DNA of 64,000 bases, from the NCBI RefSeq assembly GCF_963921235.1, contig NC_086109.1, positions 13,022,001-13,086,000 of the forward strand, read 5' to 3'. The translations under genes and the position numbers were made by a program. Positions 25,337 through 37,949 of the stretch are shown piece after piece; position 1 is the stretch's first letter; each line of letters opens with the position of its first letter. Below the pieces are notes generated by a model that did not search any database, was not told the DNA's origin, and worked only from the letters and a program-made list of their open reading frames with translations. This stretch comes from Mobula hypostoma. Lineage: Eukaryota.

Positions 25337-27641
25337 GGATTTGATCAGGGACCTCGAGATAAAGGAGCCATTAGGAGGTAGTGACCATAATATGATAAGT
25401 TTTAATCTACAATTTGAGAGGGAGAAGAGAAACTCGGAAGTGTCAGTATTACAGTTGAACAAAGGGAACTATAGTGCTATGAGGGAGGAGCTGGCCAAAG
25501 TTCAATGGAACAATACCCTAGCAGGGATGACAGTGGAACAGCAATGGCAAGTGTTTCGGGGAACAATGCAGAAGGTGCAGGATCAGTTCGTTCCAAAGAG
25601 GAAGAAAGATCCTCACGGGAGTAAGGGGAGGCCATGGCTGACAAGGGAAGTAATGGACAGTATAAAAATAAAAGAGAAGAAGTATAACAAAGCAACGATG
25701 AGTGGGAAGCCGGAGGATTTGGAAACTTTTGAAGAGCAACAGAAGGTAACTAAGAAGGCAATACATGGAGAAAATATGAGGTACGAAGGTAAATTAGCCA
25801 AGAATATAAAGGAGGATAGTAAAAGCTACTTTAGGTATGTGAAAAGGGAAAAAATAGTTAAGACCAAAATTGGGCCCTTGAAGACAGAAGCGGGTGAATT
25901 TATTATGGGGAACAAGGAAATGGCTGACGAATTGAACAGGTACTTTGGATCTGTCTTCACTAGGGAAGACACAAACAATCTCCCAGATGTAATAGTGGCC
26001 AAAGGACCTAGGGTAATGGATGAATTGAAGGAAATTTATATTAGGCAGGAAATGGTGTTGGATAGGCTGTTGGGTCTGAAGGCTGATAAGTCCTCGGGAC
26101 CTGATGGTCTGCATCCCAGGGTACTTAAGGAGGTGGCTTTAGAAATCGTGGACGCATTTGTAATCATTTTCCAATGTTCTATAGATTCAGGATTAGTTCC
26201 TAATGTTGTCCCTCTCTTCAAGAAGGGAGGAAGAGAGAAAACAGGGAATTATAGACCGGTTAGCCTGACTTCGGTGGTGGGAAAGATGCTGGAGTCAATT
26301 AGAAAAGATGAAATTACGACACATCTGGATAGTAGTAACAGGATTGGTCTGAGTCAGCATGGATTTATGAAGGGGAAATTGTGTTTGACTAATCTTCTGG
26401 AATTTTTTGAGGATGTAACTATGAAAATGGACAACGGAGAGCCAGTGGATGTAGTGTACCTGGACTTTCAGAAAGCCTTTGATAAAGTCCCACATAGGAG
26501 ATTAGTGGGCAAAATTAGGGCACATGGTATTGGGGGCAGAGTACTGACATGGATTGAAAATTGGCTGGCTGACAGAAAACAAAGAGTAGCGATTAACGGG
26601 TCCCTTTCGGAATGGGGTACCGCAGGGTTCAGTGCTGGAACCGCAGCTGTTTACAATACATATTAATGATTTAGATGAGGGAATTAAAAGTAACATTAGT
26701 AAATTTGCCGATGACACAAAGCTGGGTGGCAGTGTGAAATGTGAGGAGGATGTTATGAGAATGCAGGGTGACTTGGACAGGCTGGGTGAGTGGGCAGATG
26801 CACGGCAGATGCAGTTTAATGTGGATAAATGTGAGGTTAGAACTTTAGTGGTAAGAACGAGAAGGCAGATGATCACCTAAATAGAGTCAAGTTTGGAAAA
26901 GGGGAAGCACAACGAGATCTAGCTGTTCTTGTACATCAGTCACTGAAAGCAAGCATGCAAGTACAGCAGGCAGTGAAGAAAGTTAGCAGCATGCTGGCCT
27001 TCATAACAAGGGGAATTGAGTATAAGAGCAAAGAGGTCCTTCTGCAGCTGTACAGGGCCCTGGTGAGACCACACCTGGAGTACTGTGTGCAGTTTTGGTC
27101 TCTAAATTTGAGGAAGGACATTCTAGCTATCGAGGGAGTGCAGTGTAGGTTCACAAGGTTAATTCCCGGGATGGCGGGACGGTCATATGTTGAAAGATTG
27201 GAGCGACTGGGCTTGTATACTCTGGAATTTAGAAAGCAGAGAGGGGATCTTATTGAAACATATAAGATTATTAAGGAATTGGACACGCTGCAGGCAGGAA
27301 GCATGTTCCCGCTGATGTGTGAGTCTAGAATCAGAGGCCACAGTTTAAGAATTAGGGGTAGGCCATTTAGAACGGAGTTGAGGAAAAAATTTTTCACCCA
27401 GAGAGTGGTGGATATATGGAATGCTCTGCCCCAGAAGGCTGTGGAGGCCAAGTCTCTGGATGCTTTCAAAAAAGTGATGGATAGAGCTCTTACAGATAGT
27501 GGAATCAAAGGTTATGGGGATAAGGCAGAAACTGGATACTGATAGTGGATGATCAGCCATGATCACAGTGAATGGTGGTGCTGGCTCGAAGGGCCGAATG
27601 GCCTACTCCTGCACGTATTGGCTATTGTCTATTGTCTATTG
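25337..27641 (+). mobile_element. CR1 LINE, 5'-truncated (ORF2 and 3' UTR)
   Basis: ORFs 25341-26666 (LGGSDHN, GNYRPVSLTS, YLDFQKAFDKVPH), 26632-26880 (KFADDTK) and 26955-27542 (RPHLEYCVQFW); (TATTGTC)n tail. Confidence 0.95.
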
Positions 27642-29707
27642 AATGTTTTGTGATAACTTGGAGTTTCTTCCAAGAATATTACTGTCCCACAAAAGCAAAG
27701 CTCGGGAAAAGTCTAAAGTCAGAGGCTATATTTGGATTTTGAAATTAATTTCACTGCAATACTCACAAAATTCAACAGATGGAGTTAATCAGCCAAGAGA
27801 CATTTTACTGTAATCTTGAAGTTAGTTCACTTAAACCTGGTCACTATATTAATTTTTATTGCCTAATTTTGCACTTAGCATAAACATGTGGTTAATGGGG
27901 TGAAGATATGTCTCTAGTAAAGGAAGTGTAAAGCATATCTTCCCTCCACTAGCTAGCCAGCAGGTCACCCTTGGGTAAGGAGTAGCACCTGTAAAATCAT
28001 TACATAAGTATTTTAAGCGTTCACAGTATGTCTATAAGTTGTCATTTAATCATTCAGTTTAACTATCATGAGTGCCTATATTTCAAGAAGTGTAAACTTC
28101 ACTAACAACTTTGATGAAAGCAAAGTTTGCCTCCCAATTTACCCCTTGTAGATTTAGAAGCCTACGCCCATTTGGCCCAGATCAGTTTGGTGCAGTGAGA
28201 GTAGTTTGTGAGAGGTGTTCAACAACGACAATCAAAGCCTACTGTATTCGCATGGTATGCCGTCACAATGAGAAATTATGGGACAATTGCACCAGTGGAC
28301 TTTGTTGCTAAGAACAGCCTGTAAGTGAAGTACTGCAATTCATTCCAAGGAAGAATAAAACACAACCTGATTTACTGCTGGGAATTAAATAACATCAAAA
28401 TCAGAATCCAGTTTAATATCAGCAGCATACGTCATGAAATTTGTTAAAATTGCACTAAATCACATCACTCAAAATGACATGCTATTCATTAGCTTTCTTA
28501 AGTTAATGTTGCTTTAGTTCTACTTTGTAGCTAATGGTCTGATAGTAAGGAATTGGGGAAGCACAGATGTCAGTCTAATCTGTATTACAAATCCCATTTC
28601 TACCGATAAGAAGGTAATATAATGTTTTTTCAAACTGTGACACCACTGTGATATAATCAGAACTGATTTCCTTTACAAGATAGACACAGAGGAAAACTTA
28701 GTGATAACTGGGGAGATATAAATGTGCAGACAGCAGATGCCACTGCTGACAGTAAAGAACACCAGGACAGTAATAACAGTGTCACGGCATTTCTAGAAGC
28801 AACATGAAGCAGAATATGAAACCAATGGGGACCGAGTGCATTTCCACATAGGTTTTACACTTACTTATTGGCTTCCTTTTAACACAAAGTGGAGGAAATC
28901 TATTACAGGTCCATCACAGCAAATTATTATCAAAATTCTCCATTTTATATGTAGAGCTATGAAATGATAAATTCAAAAGCATACAATTTAAAATATTTCC
29001 TAAACAGAAAATTTTCAAAAGAGAAAATATTATTGTCATAGAGTTATATAGCACAGAGGCAGGCCCTTCAGCCCATCTAGTCACTACCAAACTGTTATTC
29101 TGCCTGGTCCCATCGACCCACACTTGGGCCATAGCACTCCATATCTTTCCCATCCATATTCTTATCCAAATTTCTCTTAAATGCTGAAATCGAATATGCA
29201 TCCCCACGCATCCACATGCGCACTACCCTCTGAATGAAGAAGTTCCCCCTCAAGATCCCCTTAACCATTTCACTTTTTACCCTTATCCTATAACTTCTAG
29301 TTTCAGTCTCACCCAAACTCAGTGGAAAAAGCCTGCTTGCATTTATTCTATCTATACTAGCTGCATCACTGTCTGAAATGGGGTGGGGAGGGGAAGGCTA
29401 CTGCACAGGATCGAAGTAAGCTGCAGTAAACTTAGTCAACTCCATCATGAGCATTAATCTCCATAGTTGCCAAGACATCTTCAAGGAGCAATGCCTCAAA
29501 AAGGAGGTGTCCATTATTAAGGATCCCCAATATGCCTTGTTCTCATTGCTACCATCAGGAAGGAGGTACAGAAGCGCGAAGGCACACACTCAGCAAATCA
29601 GGAACAGCTTCTTCCCCTCTGCCAGCTGATTTCTGAATGGACATTGAACCCTCACTGCTTTTTTAATCTCTATTTTTGCACTACTCGTTTAATTTAAATA
29701 TTTAATA

Positions 29708-30090
29708 TTTAGATTAGATTAGATTATGAGGACATGCAGTCCTCTTTTATTGTCATTTAGTAATGCATGCATTAAGAAATGAAACAATATTCCTCCGGTG
29801 TGATATCACAAAACATACGACAGACCAAGACTGAAAAAACTAACAAAACCACATAATTATAACATATAGTTACAACAGTGCAACAATACCATAACTTGAT
29901 GAAGAACGGTCCATGGCACAGTAAAAGAGTTCAAAGTTTCTCGAAAGTCCCACATCTCACACAGACAGGAGAAGGAAGAAAACTCTCCCTGCCATGCCCA
30001 ACCACAGTCTGACTCTGCGTCGTCCGAAAACTTCCAGCCTTCGATCAGCCCTCCGACACCAAGTACCGAGCACCATCTCTATCCGAACGA
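29708..30090 (-). mobile_element. Truncated copy of the non-autonomous element at 38381-39015
   Basis: (AGATT)n followed by ATGAGGAC..GTCCTC..TTTATTGTCATTTAG, shared with 38381. Confidence 0.7.
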
Positions 30091-31087
30091 GCACACACAT
30101 ATACATATATACCATATACATATACACACTCACTGTAATTCAGTTTATTTTCTGTATTATTATGTATAACATTGTACTGCTACCGTAAAGTCAATAAATT
30201 TTATGTCATTTGCTGGTGATATTAAACCTGATTCTGATTCTGACTACGCCCCTCATAATTTTGTATACCTCTATCAAATCTCCCCTCATTCTCATCTTGC
30301 TTAACCAGGTTTCTTAGAGGCAGTTGAAACAGCAGGCAGCAGTAAAGCACAAGATGTAATTTATATAGAATATTAAAGGACATCATTAAGATGCTTCATG
30401 ATAAACTAATAAAGTAAGAGCATGAGCAACAAGGGATCAAATCGCAAAACAGAGAGCTAGCTGGCTTCAATTCAGAAATTAAAGAGTGGGAGGAAAGTTA
30501 TTCCCATAATTATGGCCCCCTCAGTCTGAATATCTGTCCTGAACTTGCAGGTATGATTTCACCATGACGCAATATATTTTCAGTAAGACATATCTAATAT
30601 TATCCAGCTATAAAATCTAATGTACCGTCCCCCTGCACATTCTCCCTCCAATTTCTGTAGAAGATCACCTAAATCTCTTCTGAAAATAATACCATTTAGC
30701 TCCTTTCTATTTAGAAAACACATTTTCTTTCCTTTTTCTACCAAGACTGCGTATTTTCCACATTAAACTCTATCTACTACATCCAAGCCCATCATCACAG
30801 TGAATGTATGTTGGTAGGTACTGGTTGGGCTCACTGGGCTTCTGTCACTTTTATCCTATAGAATTGCATATAATTGTTAGAATCAAAACTACCCCGTGAT
30901 TTTGGTAATCTAAGGTTAATGAACTTCACTTGATTGACAACTCATCCACCAACATACATCCACTTACCCCCATTATCAGTAAAGATAGTAAATTGGTTTA
31001 TTAATGTCACATGCACCGAGGTAAAAACCTCATGTTGCCTGCCACCCATACAAATCATTTAATTACATCAGTTATATTGACGCAGTT

Positions 31088-31390
31088 CAGATGGCGGCGT
31101 GGAGATACGTCTCTACCAAAGGAGGTGTAAGGCGCTGCTTCCCTCCGCTAGTCTGCAGGTCATCCTTAGGCAAGGTGTAGCACTCGCTTAGACCCCCCAA
31201 TTAGGGTCACATGAAGCTATGGGAGCAGGTGGTGGATGGTCGTACCAGCAACTGGTACATATCGCAAGTCCTGGTTATGCGACCACTGATGCCAGGCAGA
31301 CAATCTCTGAAGAGTATTGCTAATGGCTGGGGTCACCTGTCTTGTAAAGACACTGCCCAGAAGAAGGCAGTAGCAAACCACTTCTAAGGA
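31088..31390 (+). mobile_element. RTE-related SINE (other copies at about 27895, 41172, 53070, 56470)
   Basis: Shared body CTACCAAAGGAGGTGTAAGGCG...GAAGAAGGCAATGGCAAACCACTTCT resembling the RTE/BovB motif. Confidence 0.75.
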
Positions 31391-33309
31391 ATTGCAGTGC
31401 AGGTGTAGGTTTTCACAAATAAAACAGCAGAGGCATTTTAAGTTTAAGAAAAACCATAGCAACTCATTTATTACAATCCAAACACTGAACACAAAGCGTG
31501 GTAAAAGTACTTCACATGATTATGTCATTGCATCAGAACAACCTCTTAAAGTGAACCCCAACTCAATGTCGATGTCTCTGAATTATGTATATTTCCACCA
31601 ATTACATTACTCTACACAGATAGACAATAAGGGGCAAGGCCACAATGGAGCAGATTGTGAGGTTGAAAATCCATCTTGGAATTAGAATTGGCATTGGTTT
31701 ATTATGTCACATGTACAGAGGTACAGTGAAATGCTTGTCTTGCATAGTGTTCATGCAGATCAAATCATTACACAGCACATTGAGGTAGAACAAGATAAAA
31801 CAATAACAGAATTTAGAATAAATGTAACAATTACAGAGAAAGTACATTGCAGATAGACAGCAAGATGAAAAATCATAACAAGATTGATTGTGCGGTTAAG
31901 ATTCTATCTTATCATACTAGGGAACCATTCAATAGCCTTATAACAATAGGTAAAAGCTGTCTTTGAATGTAGTGGTAGGTGTTTTCAGGCTTTTGTATCT
32001 TCTATTCAATGGGAGAGTGGTGAGGAGAGAATGTCTGGGGTGGGTGGGTTTTTATGCAGGCAGCTTTACAGAAGCAGCAAGAAATGTAGACAGTTCATGA
32101 AAGGAAGGTTTGTTCCTGTGATGTGCTGAGCTGTGTCCACAACTCTTTTGCAGTAATGGGCAAAGCAGTATTCATACCAAGCTGTGATATACCCAGATAG
32201 AATTTCCCAGGGCTGAAATGGCTAACACGAGGGCATTGTTTTAAGGTGCTTGGAAGCAGATACAGAAGGGATGTCAGGGGTAAGTTTTTCACACAGAGAG
32301 TGGTGGGTGCGTGGAAGCGGATACAATAGGGTCTTTTAAGGGACTCTTAGATAGTTACATGGAGCTTAGAAAAATAGAGGACTGTGCAGTAGGGTAATTC
32401 TAGGCAGTTTCTAGAGTAGGTTACACGGCTGGCACAACATTATGGGCCGAAGGGTCTACAATGTGCTGTAGATTTCCATGCTCCATGTTCTATTTCTTGT
32501 GGTGCAGCGATAAAAATTGCACATCTAATCAACATATTTTATCAACAACGAGACCATTCAATAGTATGTGCCATTTACAAAAGGCTTTGCAGAAACTCAT
32601 CAAAACTTTTTTGACAACACTTCCCAAATCTGTTACTTCTACTTCTCATAGAATGATAAGGACAGCATGCATATGGTTATGGCATCACCTCTATGTTCTG
32701 CTCCAATTCACCCACCAACCTAATTTGCAAATACATTACTATTCCTTCACTGTCATTCAGGCACATTCCGAGAAAAAAACACAGGACTCTAGTAATACTG
32801 GGCTTTAAAGAGCCTCGGTTTGTTCACTCTTACCATACTGCACATAGGTGACTCACCACTTTGGAAGAGCAATTATTGACAGTATTAAGTACTGCCTTAG
32901 CCAGAGACATCCGCATCCCACATACCAACTAAAATAAATATGACTGCAAACTAAAAAAACACTTAAATAATTAGCTATAGATTTTCACACAAACAGTGAA
33001 TATGATTAGTGCTTTTCAAAACCAATCTTCATTGTGGGTACAAGATGGCAATCTGGGATATACTGAGAATGCCAAAGAGATTCACAAAAAGCCATGTGAA
33101 GCTATATGGAGTAGATTAGAACTCAAGATAAGCATAACAGTATGTACTAATTAGAACCAGTTCAGGATGGAAAGAAGAAATGGAGATCAGTGCAAAAAAA
33201 GATCTGTGGAAGAATTCAGAAGGTCAAGCAACATCTGTGGAGGGAAAGGAACTGTAGCTACTTTAGGTCAAAAGCCTGTTCATTTTTATTTATTTATTTA
33301 ATTTTATTT

Positions 33310-33535
33310 AGAGATACAGCACAATAACAAGCCCTTCCAGCTTTATGAGCCCACACCACCCAACTACACCTAATTAACCTGCTAACCCATACATCTTTGG
33401 AATGTGGGAGGAAACCAGAGCACCCAGAGGAAATCCACACAGTCATGAGGAGACGTACAAACTTGTTACAGACAGCAGAGGGAATTGAACCCAGATCACT
33501 GCCAAAATGTACAGCTATGCTATTGTGTCACTTCA
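33310..33535 (-). mobile_element. tRNA-derived V/HE1-like SINE (similar copies at about 35960-36157, 48800-49035, 57880-58170)
   Basis: Conserved TTTGGAATGTGGGAGGAAACC..CACCC.GAGGAAA..CAC body with a B-box-like TTGAACC on the opposite strand. Confidence 0.7.
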
Positions 33536-33961
33536 CACTAGAGCTTGGCGTTGTTATCACTGCAGTCTCTGGTTTGCAAAAATTATGTGAATTCAGAAAG
33601 AAAATGCAATGTGGCAGATTTGCAGATGACAGCCAAGCTATAGTAAACTGGAATTCTGGAGCAGCTCAGAAGCTGCAGAACATGATGAGTAAAATATTGA
33701 AGTGGATAGAATTGCAATCTGCTGCACATTAGAAAGTCAAATTGGTAGCATGTTGTCTGAGATGAAATAGGAAATGACAAAAGCCTCATCATCGGCCGGA
33801 CATATTAACTCTGTTTCTCTCTTGACAGATTCTTTTGAGTTTCCATATTGTTTTTGTATTTCAGATTTATTGTATCAGAGGCTTTCAGCATGCTGTCAAC
33901 ATGTCCCTGGGTGGATTTCCTTCTGTCAGAAATGTTGATGGAACATTTCTTATCACGAGTC

Positions 33962-35292
33962 TGTCATAAGGAGATGGCTGAGAACAGACCCAAGTGCAAG
34001 ACGCAGACACTGAAGTACTATGTACAGGACTAGGATACAGGCTGAGGGCAAGGACATGGACACGAAAACCGGGAACCCGGAACAGGACTGGACAAGAGAG
34101 CTAGGAGCCCGGGCTTGGACTCCCAGCCAGAGACTAGACAAGGACCCACTACCTGGGTCTTGCCTCTGGCTCGGACCCCAGAACTAGGCAAGGACGAGGC
34201 TTGGCTGGCAGGCAGGATGAGGCTGGAGTCTTCAGGCTGAGGCTAGAGACTAGAGGCGAGGCTTGGCAGGAGGCAGGAGTCTTCAGGCTTGAGGCTTGAG
34301 GCCAGAGACTAGAGGCGAGGCTTGGCAGGAGGCAGGAGGCTGGAGTCTTCAGGCTAGAGGCTAGAGACTTGAGGTGAGGCTTGGCCAGGGGCAGGAGGCT
34401 GGAGTCTTTGGCTTGAGGCTAGGCAGGAGGCTGGAGGCTGGAGACTTGAGGCGAGGCTTGGCAGAAGGCTGGAGGCTGGAGACTTGAGGCGAGGCTTGGC
34501 AGGAGGCTGGAGGCTGGAGACTTGAGGCTAGAGGCTCCTCCTGGGCAGGGCGCGGATCACCACCCGATGGAGGCAAGGGACAGGAAGGGACAGAACCAAC
34601 CACAGGTAACAGCAATATGGCCTGGCTTACCCGACTTAGGCTAGGGACAGGGAGGGACAGAACCAACCGCAGGTAACGGCAAGACGGCCTGGCTTACCCG
34701 ATGGAGGCAAGGGACAGGAAGGGACAGAACCAACCGTAGGTAACAGCAATACAGCCTGGCTTACCCGATGGAGACAAGGGACAGGGAGGGACAGAACCAA
34801 CCGTAGGTAACAGCAATATGGCCTGGCTTACCCGACTTAGGCTAGGGACAGGAAGGGACAGAACCAGCCGCAGGGTAATAGCAAGACAGCCTGACTTACC
34901 CGGCGGAGGCAAGGGACAGGAAGGGAGCTAGGTACGGGGTGGCTCCAGGACAAGACTGAAGGCGAGACGAGGCGAGAGTTACCAGCAAGACCAGGCAAGG
35001 CTTCAGGCAATGCAAGGTGAAACGAGAACTTCAGGCGAGGTGAGAGTTACCGGCAAGGCTTCAGGCGAGGAAACAGAAGGCAGAGGAAGGGATACAAGGA
35101 GTAAGGACAAGAACAATCCAGCAGCCACACCCTGGTCTCTGAAGGTATTTATGCAGCCAGCCCCAACGATTATCAGCTGCCTCAATTAGAGCACAACAAG
35201 AACAGAAACAGGGTAGACAGGAAAACCTGGAGCAAGGGTCAACGGACCAGACCATGAACCAGAATACGGACTTCACGGACCGGACCATGACA
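33962..35292 (-). mobile_element. 1.33-kb solo LTR with internal tandem arrays
   Basis: TGTCAT...ATGACA termini; 5-bp TSD GAGTC (33957-33961, 35293-35297); minus-strand ATAAATA near 35146-35152 as in the 4892-5289 LTR. Confidence 0.88.
34562..34925. repeat. 67-bp tandem repeat (about 5.4 copies) within the solo LTR
   Basis: ACCCG unit starts at 34562, 34629, 34696, 34763, 34830 and 34898; preceded by a looser GAGGCT-rich array at about 34190-34540. Confidence 0.9.
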
Positions 35293-36919
35293 GAGTCAGC
35301 TTTGAGGCCTTTGAGATGATTTCCATGTCACAGGACACACAAAATATTTTACACACTTCTTGCATGAAATAAAATTTTAAAAAAACAAAACAAATGAATA
35401 AAATAAATAAATATCATTATTTCCCATGCTGCTTTTGCAACATTGCTGGGTAACTTAAACCATGGTATCCTGGATGCATCCATCGTTGCACACTCCTGGA
35501 TCATCAAGGTCATATTCCCATAGTACGTATGAGGAAGACCTGCAAGATAAGTTAAATACTTACCGTTACCCATTGGCACCCCAACTCCTGGCACTGCACC
35601 TATCTCAGAAACATCCTCCGACTTCCAGCTTATCTTCCCCATCTGAATCTATAGCTACACTCTCTTAATGTACAGTTGATGTCCCAGTAGTCTGCTCTCC
35701 TAGTGCATTTTGACATTTTAGGAAAACAATGTAGGTTTATTTATTAAATCTGCCAAGCACTTTAAGCAAAATTAATTAATTTATTCTAAGACATAGTAAT
35801 AGGATAGCTAACTGATAGAGCCTGTACACCCATTCAATAAGTCCATGAATGTCTATGAAACCATGAGCACTACCTTGACGTTTTGATCTCTTTTTACACT
35901 ATCTTCTTATTGTAATTTATAGTAACTCTTATGTCTTGCACTATGCATCAATGAACAACATAGTCCGAATATGTGCTGGGTGAAGCCCGCAAGTGTCACC
36001 ATGCTTCAGGCGCCAACGTAGTATGCCCACAACTCACTAACCCTAACCCATACATCTCTGGAATGGGAGCACCAAAAGGAAATACAGGCATTCACAGGGA
36101 GAACATACAATCTCCTTACAGACAGCAACGTAAAGCATTGCACTAACTGCTAGGCGACTGTGTGCAGTGGTAGTTAGTAGAGTTACTCCTATGCCACTCA
36201 GTTAGTTACTCCCACATAGGAAGAGTTCACATAGTGTACAAGCAGGGTTATCAGTGAAGTCCAGTTGAGTATCCTGCATGCTGGTGTCCTGGTGTGCTCT
36301 GCATAACCCCTCAATAACAAACACAACATGGTGTCAGAAGCAGAATTGATTGTCGATGAATTGGTGCTATAGTCCAAGTGAGATCCCCAACAAGGATGAA
36401 TTTACAGTAAGATGGTTCTTGTTCGCATATATCTATAAAAAATATCCAGAGGCTTATCAATCTGAACAGCCTATGCTAGTTTGCTAACTGTATGTACCAT
36501 GAGGCATGAGCTGAGAAATGGCCAGGGTTGTTTGGCAATGACTTCAAGCTACACCCAAAAGAGGATACATTGTAATACATTGTGGGCCACTTGCCTGGGG
36601 ACATGCACAGAGACACAGAGATAGCAGGGAAGTTGGAAAAGTCAGTCAAACTCCCTGACCTCCACTGGATTTAGTGTTTTATTTTTAAAGCGTACTGATG
36701 CTGAAAACATTTCACAAAATGAGACTATTCTTAAAAAAAGAGAATTAGTGAAAAAAGAAGAAAACAAAGAGAGAGGTCGTTAAAACAAAGAGAAAGACAC
36801 TTACAATGTTGGCAATTCTTTTTTATGTTTTGTAAGGAGCATAAGTTACAGGCTATGGGTAAAGTGAACTGAATCACTCGATATCAGTGACTATAATTTC
36901 AATGCAGCTCTATAATCTG

Positions 36920-37498
36920 CAGCTATAAAGGACCCTGGTCAGACCCCATTTGGAGTACTGTGCTCAGTTCTTGTCACCTCACTACAGGAAGGATGTGGAA
37001 ACCATATAAAGGGTGCAGAGGAGATTTACAAGGATGTTGTGATGTTGCCTGGATTGGGGAGCGTGCCTTATGAAAACAGGTTGAGTGAACTGGGCCTTTT
37101 CTCCTTGGAGCGATGGAGGATGAGGTGACCTGATAGAGGTGTATAAGATGATAAGAGGAATTGATCGTGTGGATAGTCAGAGGCTTTTTCCCAGGGCTGA
37201 AATGGCTGCCACAAGAGGGCACAGGTTTAAGGTCCTTGGGAGTAGGTACAGAGGAGATGTCAGGGGTACGTTTTTTACGCAGAGGTGGTGAGTGCATGGA
37301 ATGGGCTGCCAGCAACGGTGGTGGAGGCAGATACGATAGGGTCTTTTAAGAGACTTTTGGATAGGTACATGGAGCTTAGAAACATAGAGGGCTATGGGTA
37401 ACCCTAGTAATTTTTAAGGTAGGGACATATTTGGCACAACTTTGTGGGCCGGAGGGCCTGTATTGCGCTGTAGGTTTTCTATGTTTCTATGTTTCTAT
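36920..37498 (+). mobile_element. CR1 LINE 3' fragment
   Basis: RPHLEYCAQF-type remnant, 3' UTR and (TTTCTATG)n tail; matches 40410-40958 and 32200-32490. Confidence 0.85.
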
Positions 37499-37949
37499 AA
37501 TCTGCTCTGGAGGTGGAACTGGATTCCCTGATGGTTGAGTCTGAGAGGAGGATGCCGCAGAAGCTATGGAGCATTACAGACAATCCCTCTCACCTCATCC
37601 ATAACATACTGGACAAACAGAGGTGCACCTTTAGTCACAGAATGATTCCACCAAGGTGCAGCACTGAACGCCACAGGAAATCCTTTCTCCCTGTGGCTAT
37701 AAGACTCCACAATTCCTTCTCCTTAAGTATATAAATTTATGGTTTAATTGAACATCTCTATTTTGGACTATTAATTCTTACTGCACATTTTGTATTCTTT
37801 TTCGTACCTCAGTGCTTACAGTTTGTATTTTAAGGTATATATTTCTGACTGAGAAACCTTACAACAATAATTTCCTTTGGGATAAATAAAATTTTATCTT
37901 ATTTTATCTTAAACAAGAAGTACATACCTAATTTTTCTTTTTTTTCAAG

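Noticed and set aside
25341..26666. 441-aa ORF as a domesticated or functional gene
   Set aside because: 5'-truncated CR1 ORF2 with small deletions and a frameshift before the FADD motif.
28152..28810. Two possible plus-strand exons (28152-28320 and from about 28680)
   Set aside because: Plausible AG/GT signals, but all three frames of the first contain stops and no product is recognisable; unsupported without RNA data.
33560..33732. ORF containing FADD as a novel reverse transcriptase
   Set aside because: Short, ancient CR1-like remnant fused by chance to SINE sequence.
34562..34925. Regularly spaced repeats as a CRISPR array
   Set aside because: Whole 67-bp units repeat with no unique spacers; the array lies inside a eukaryotic solo LTR and no cas genes are present.
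35349..35690. ORFs with GTAAGT and TTGCAG signals on the minus strand
   Set aside because: The implied intron would be only 24 nt and no translation resembles a known protein.
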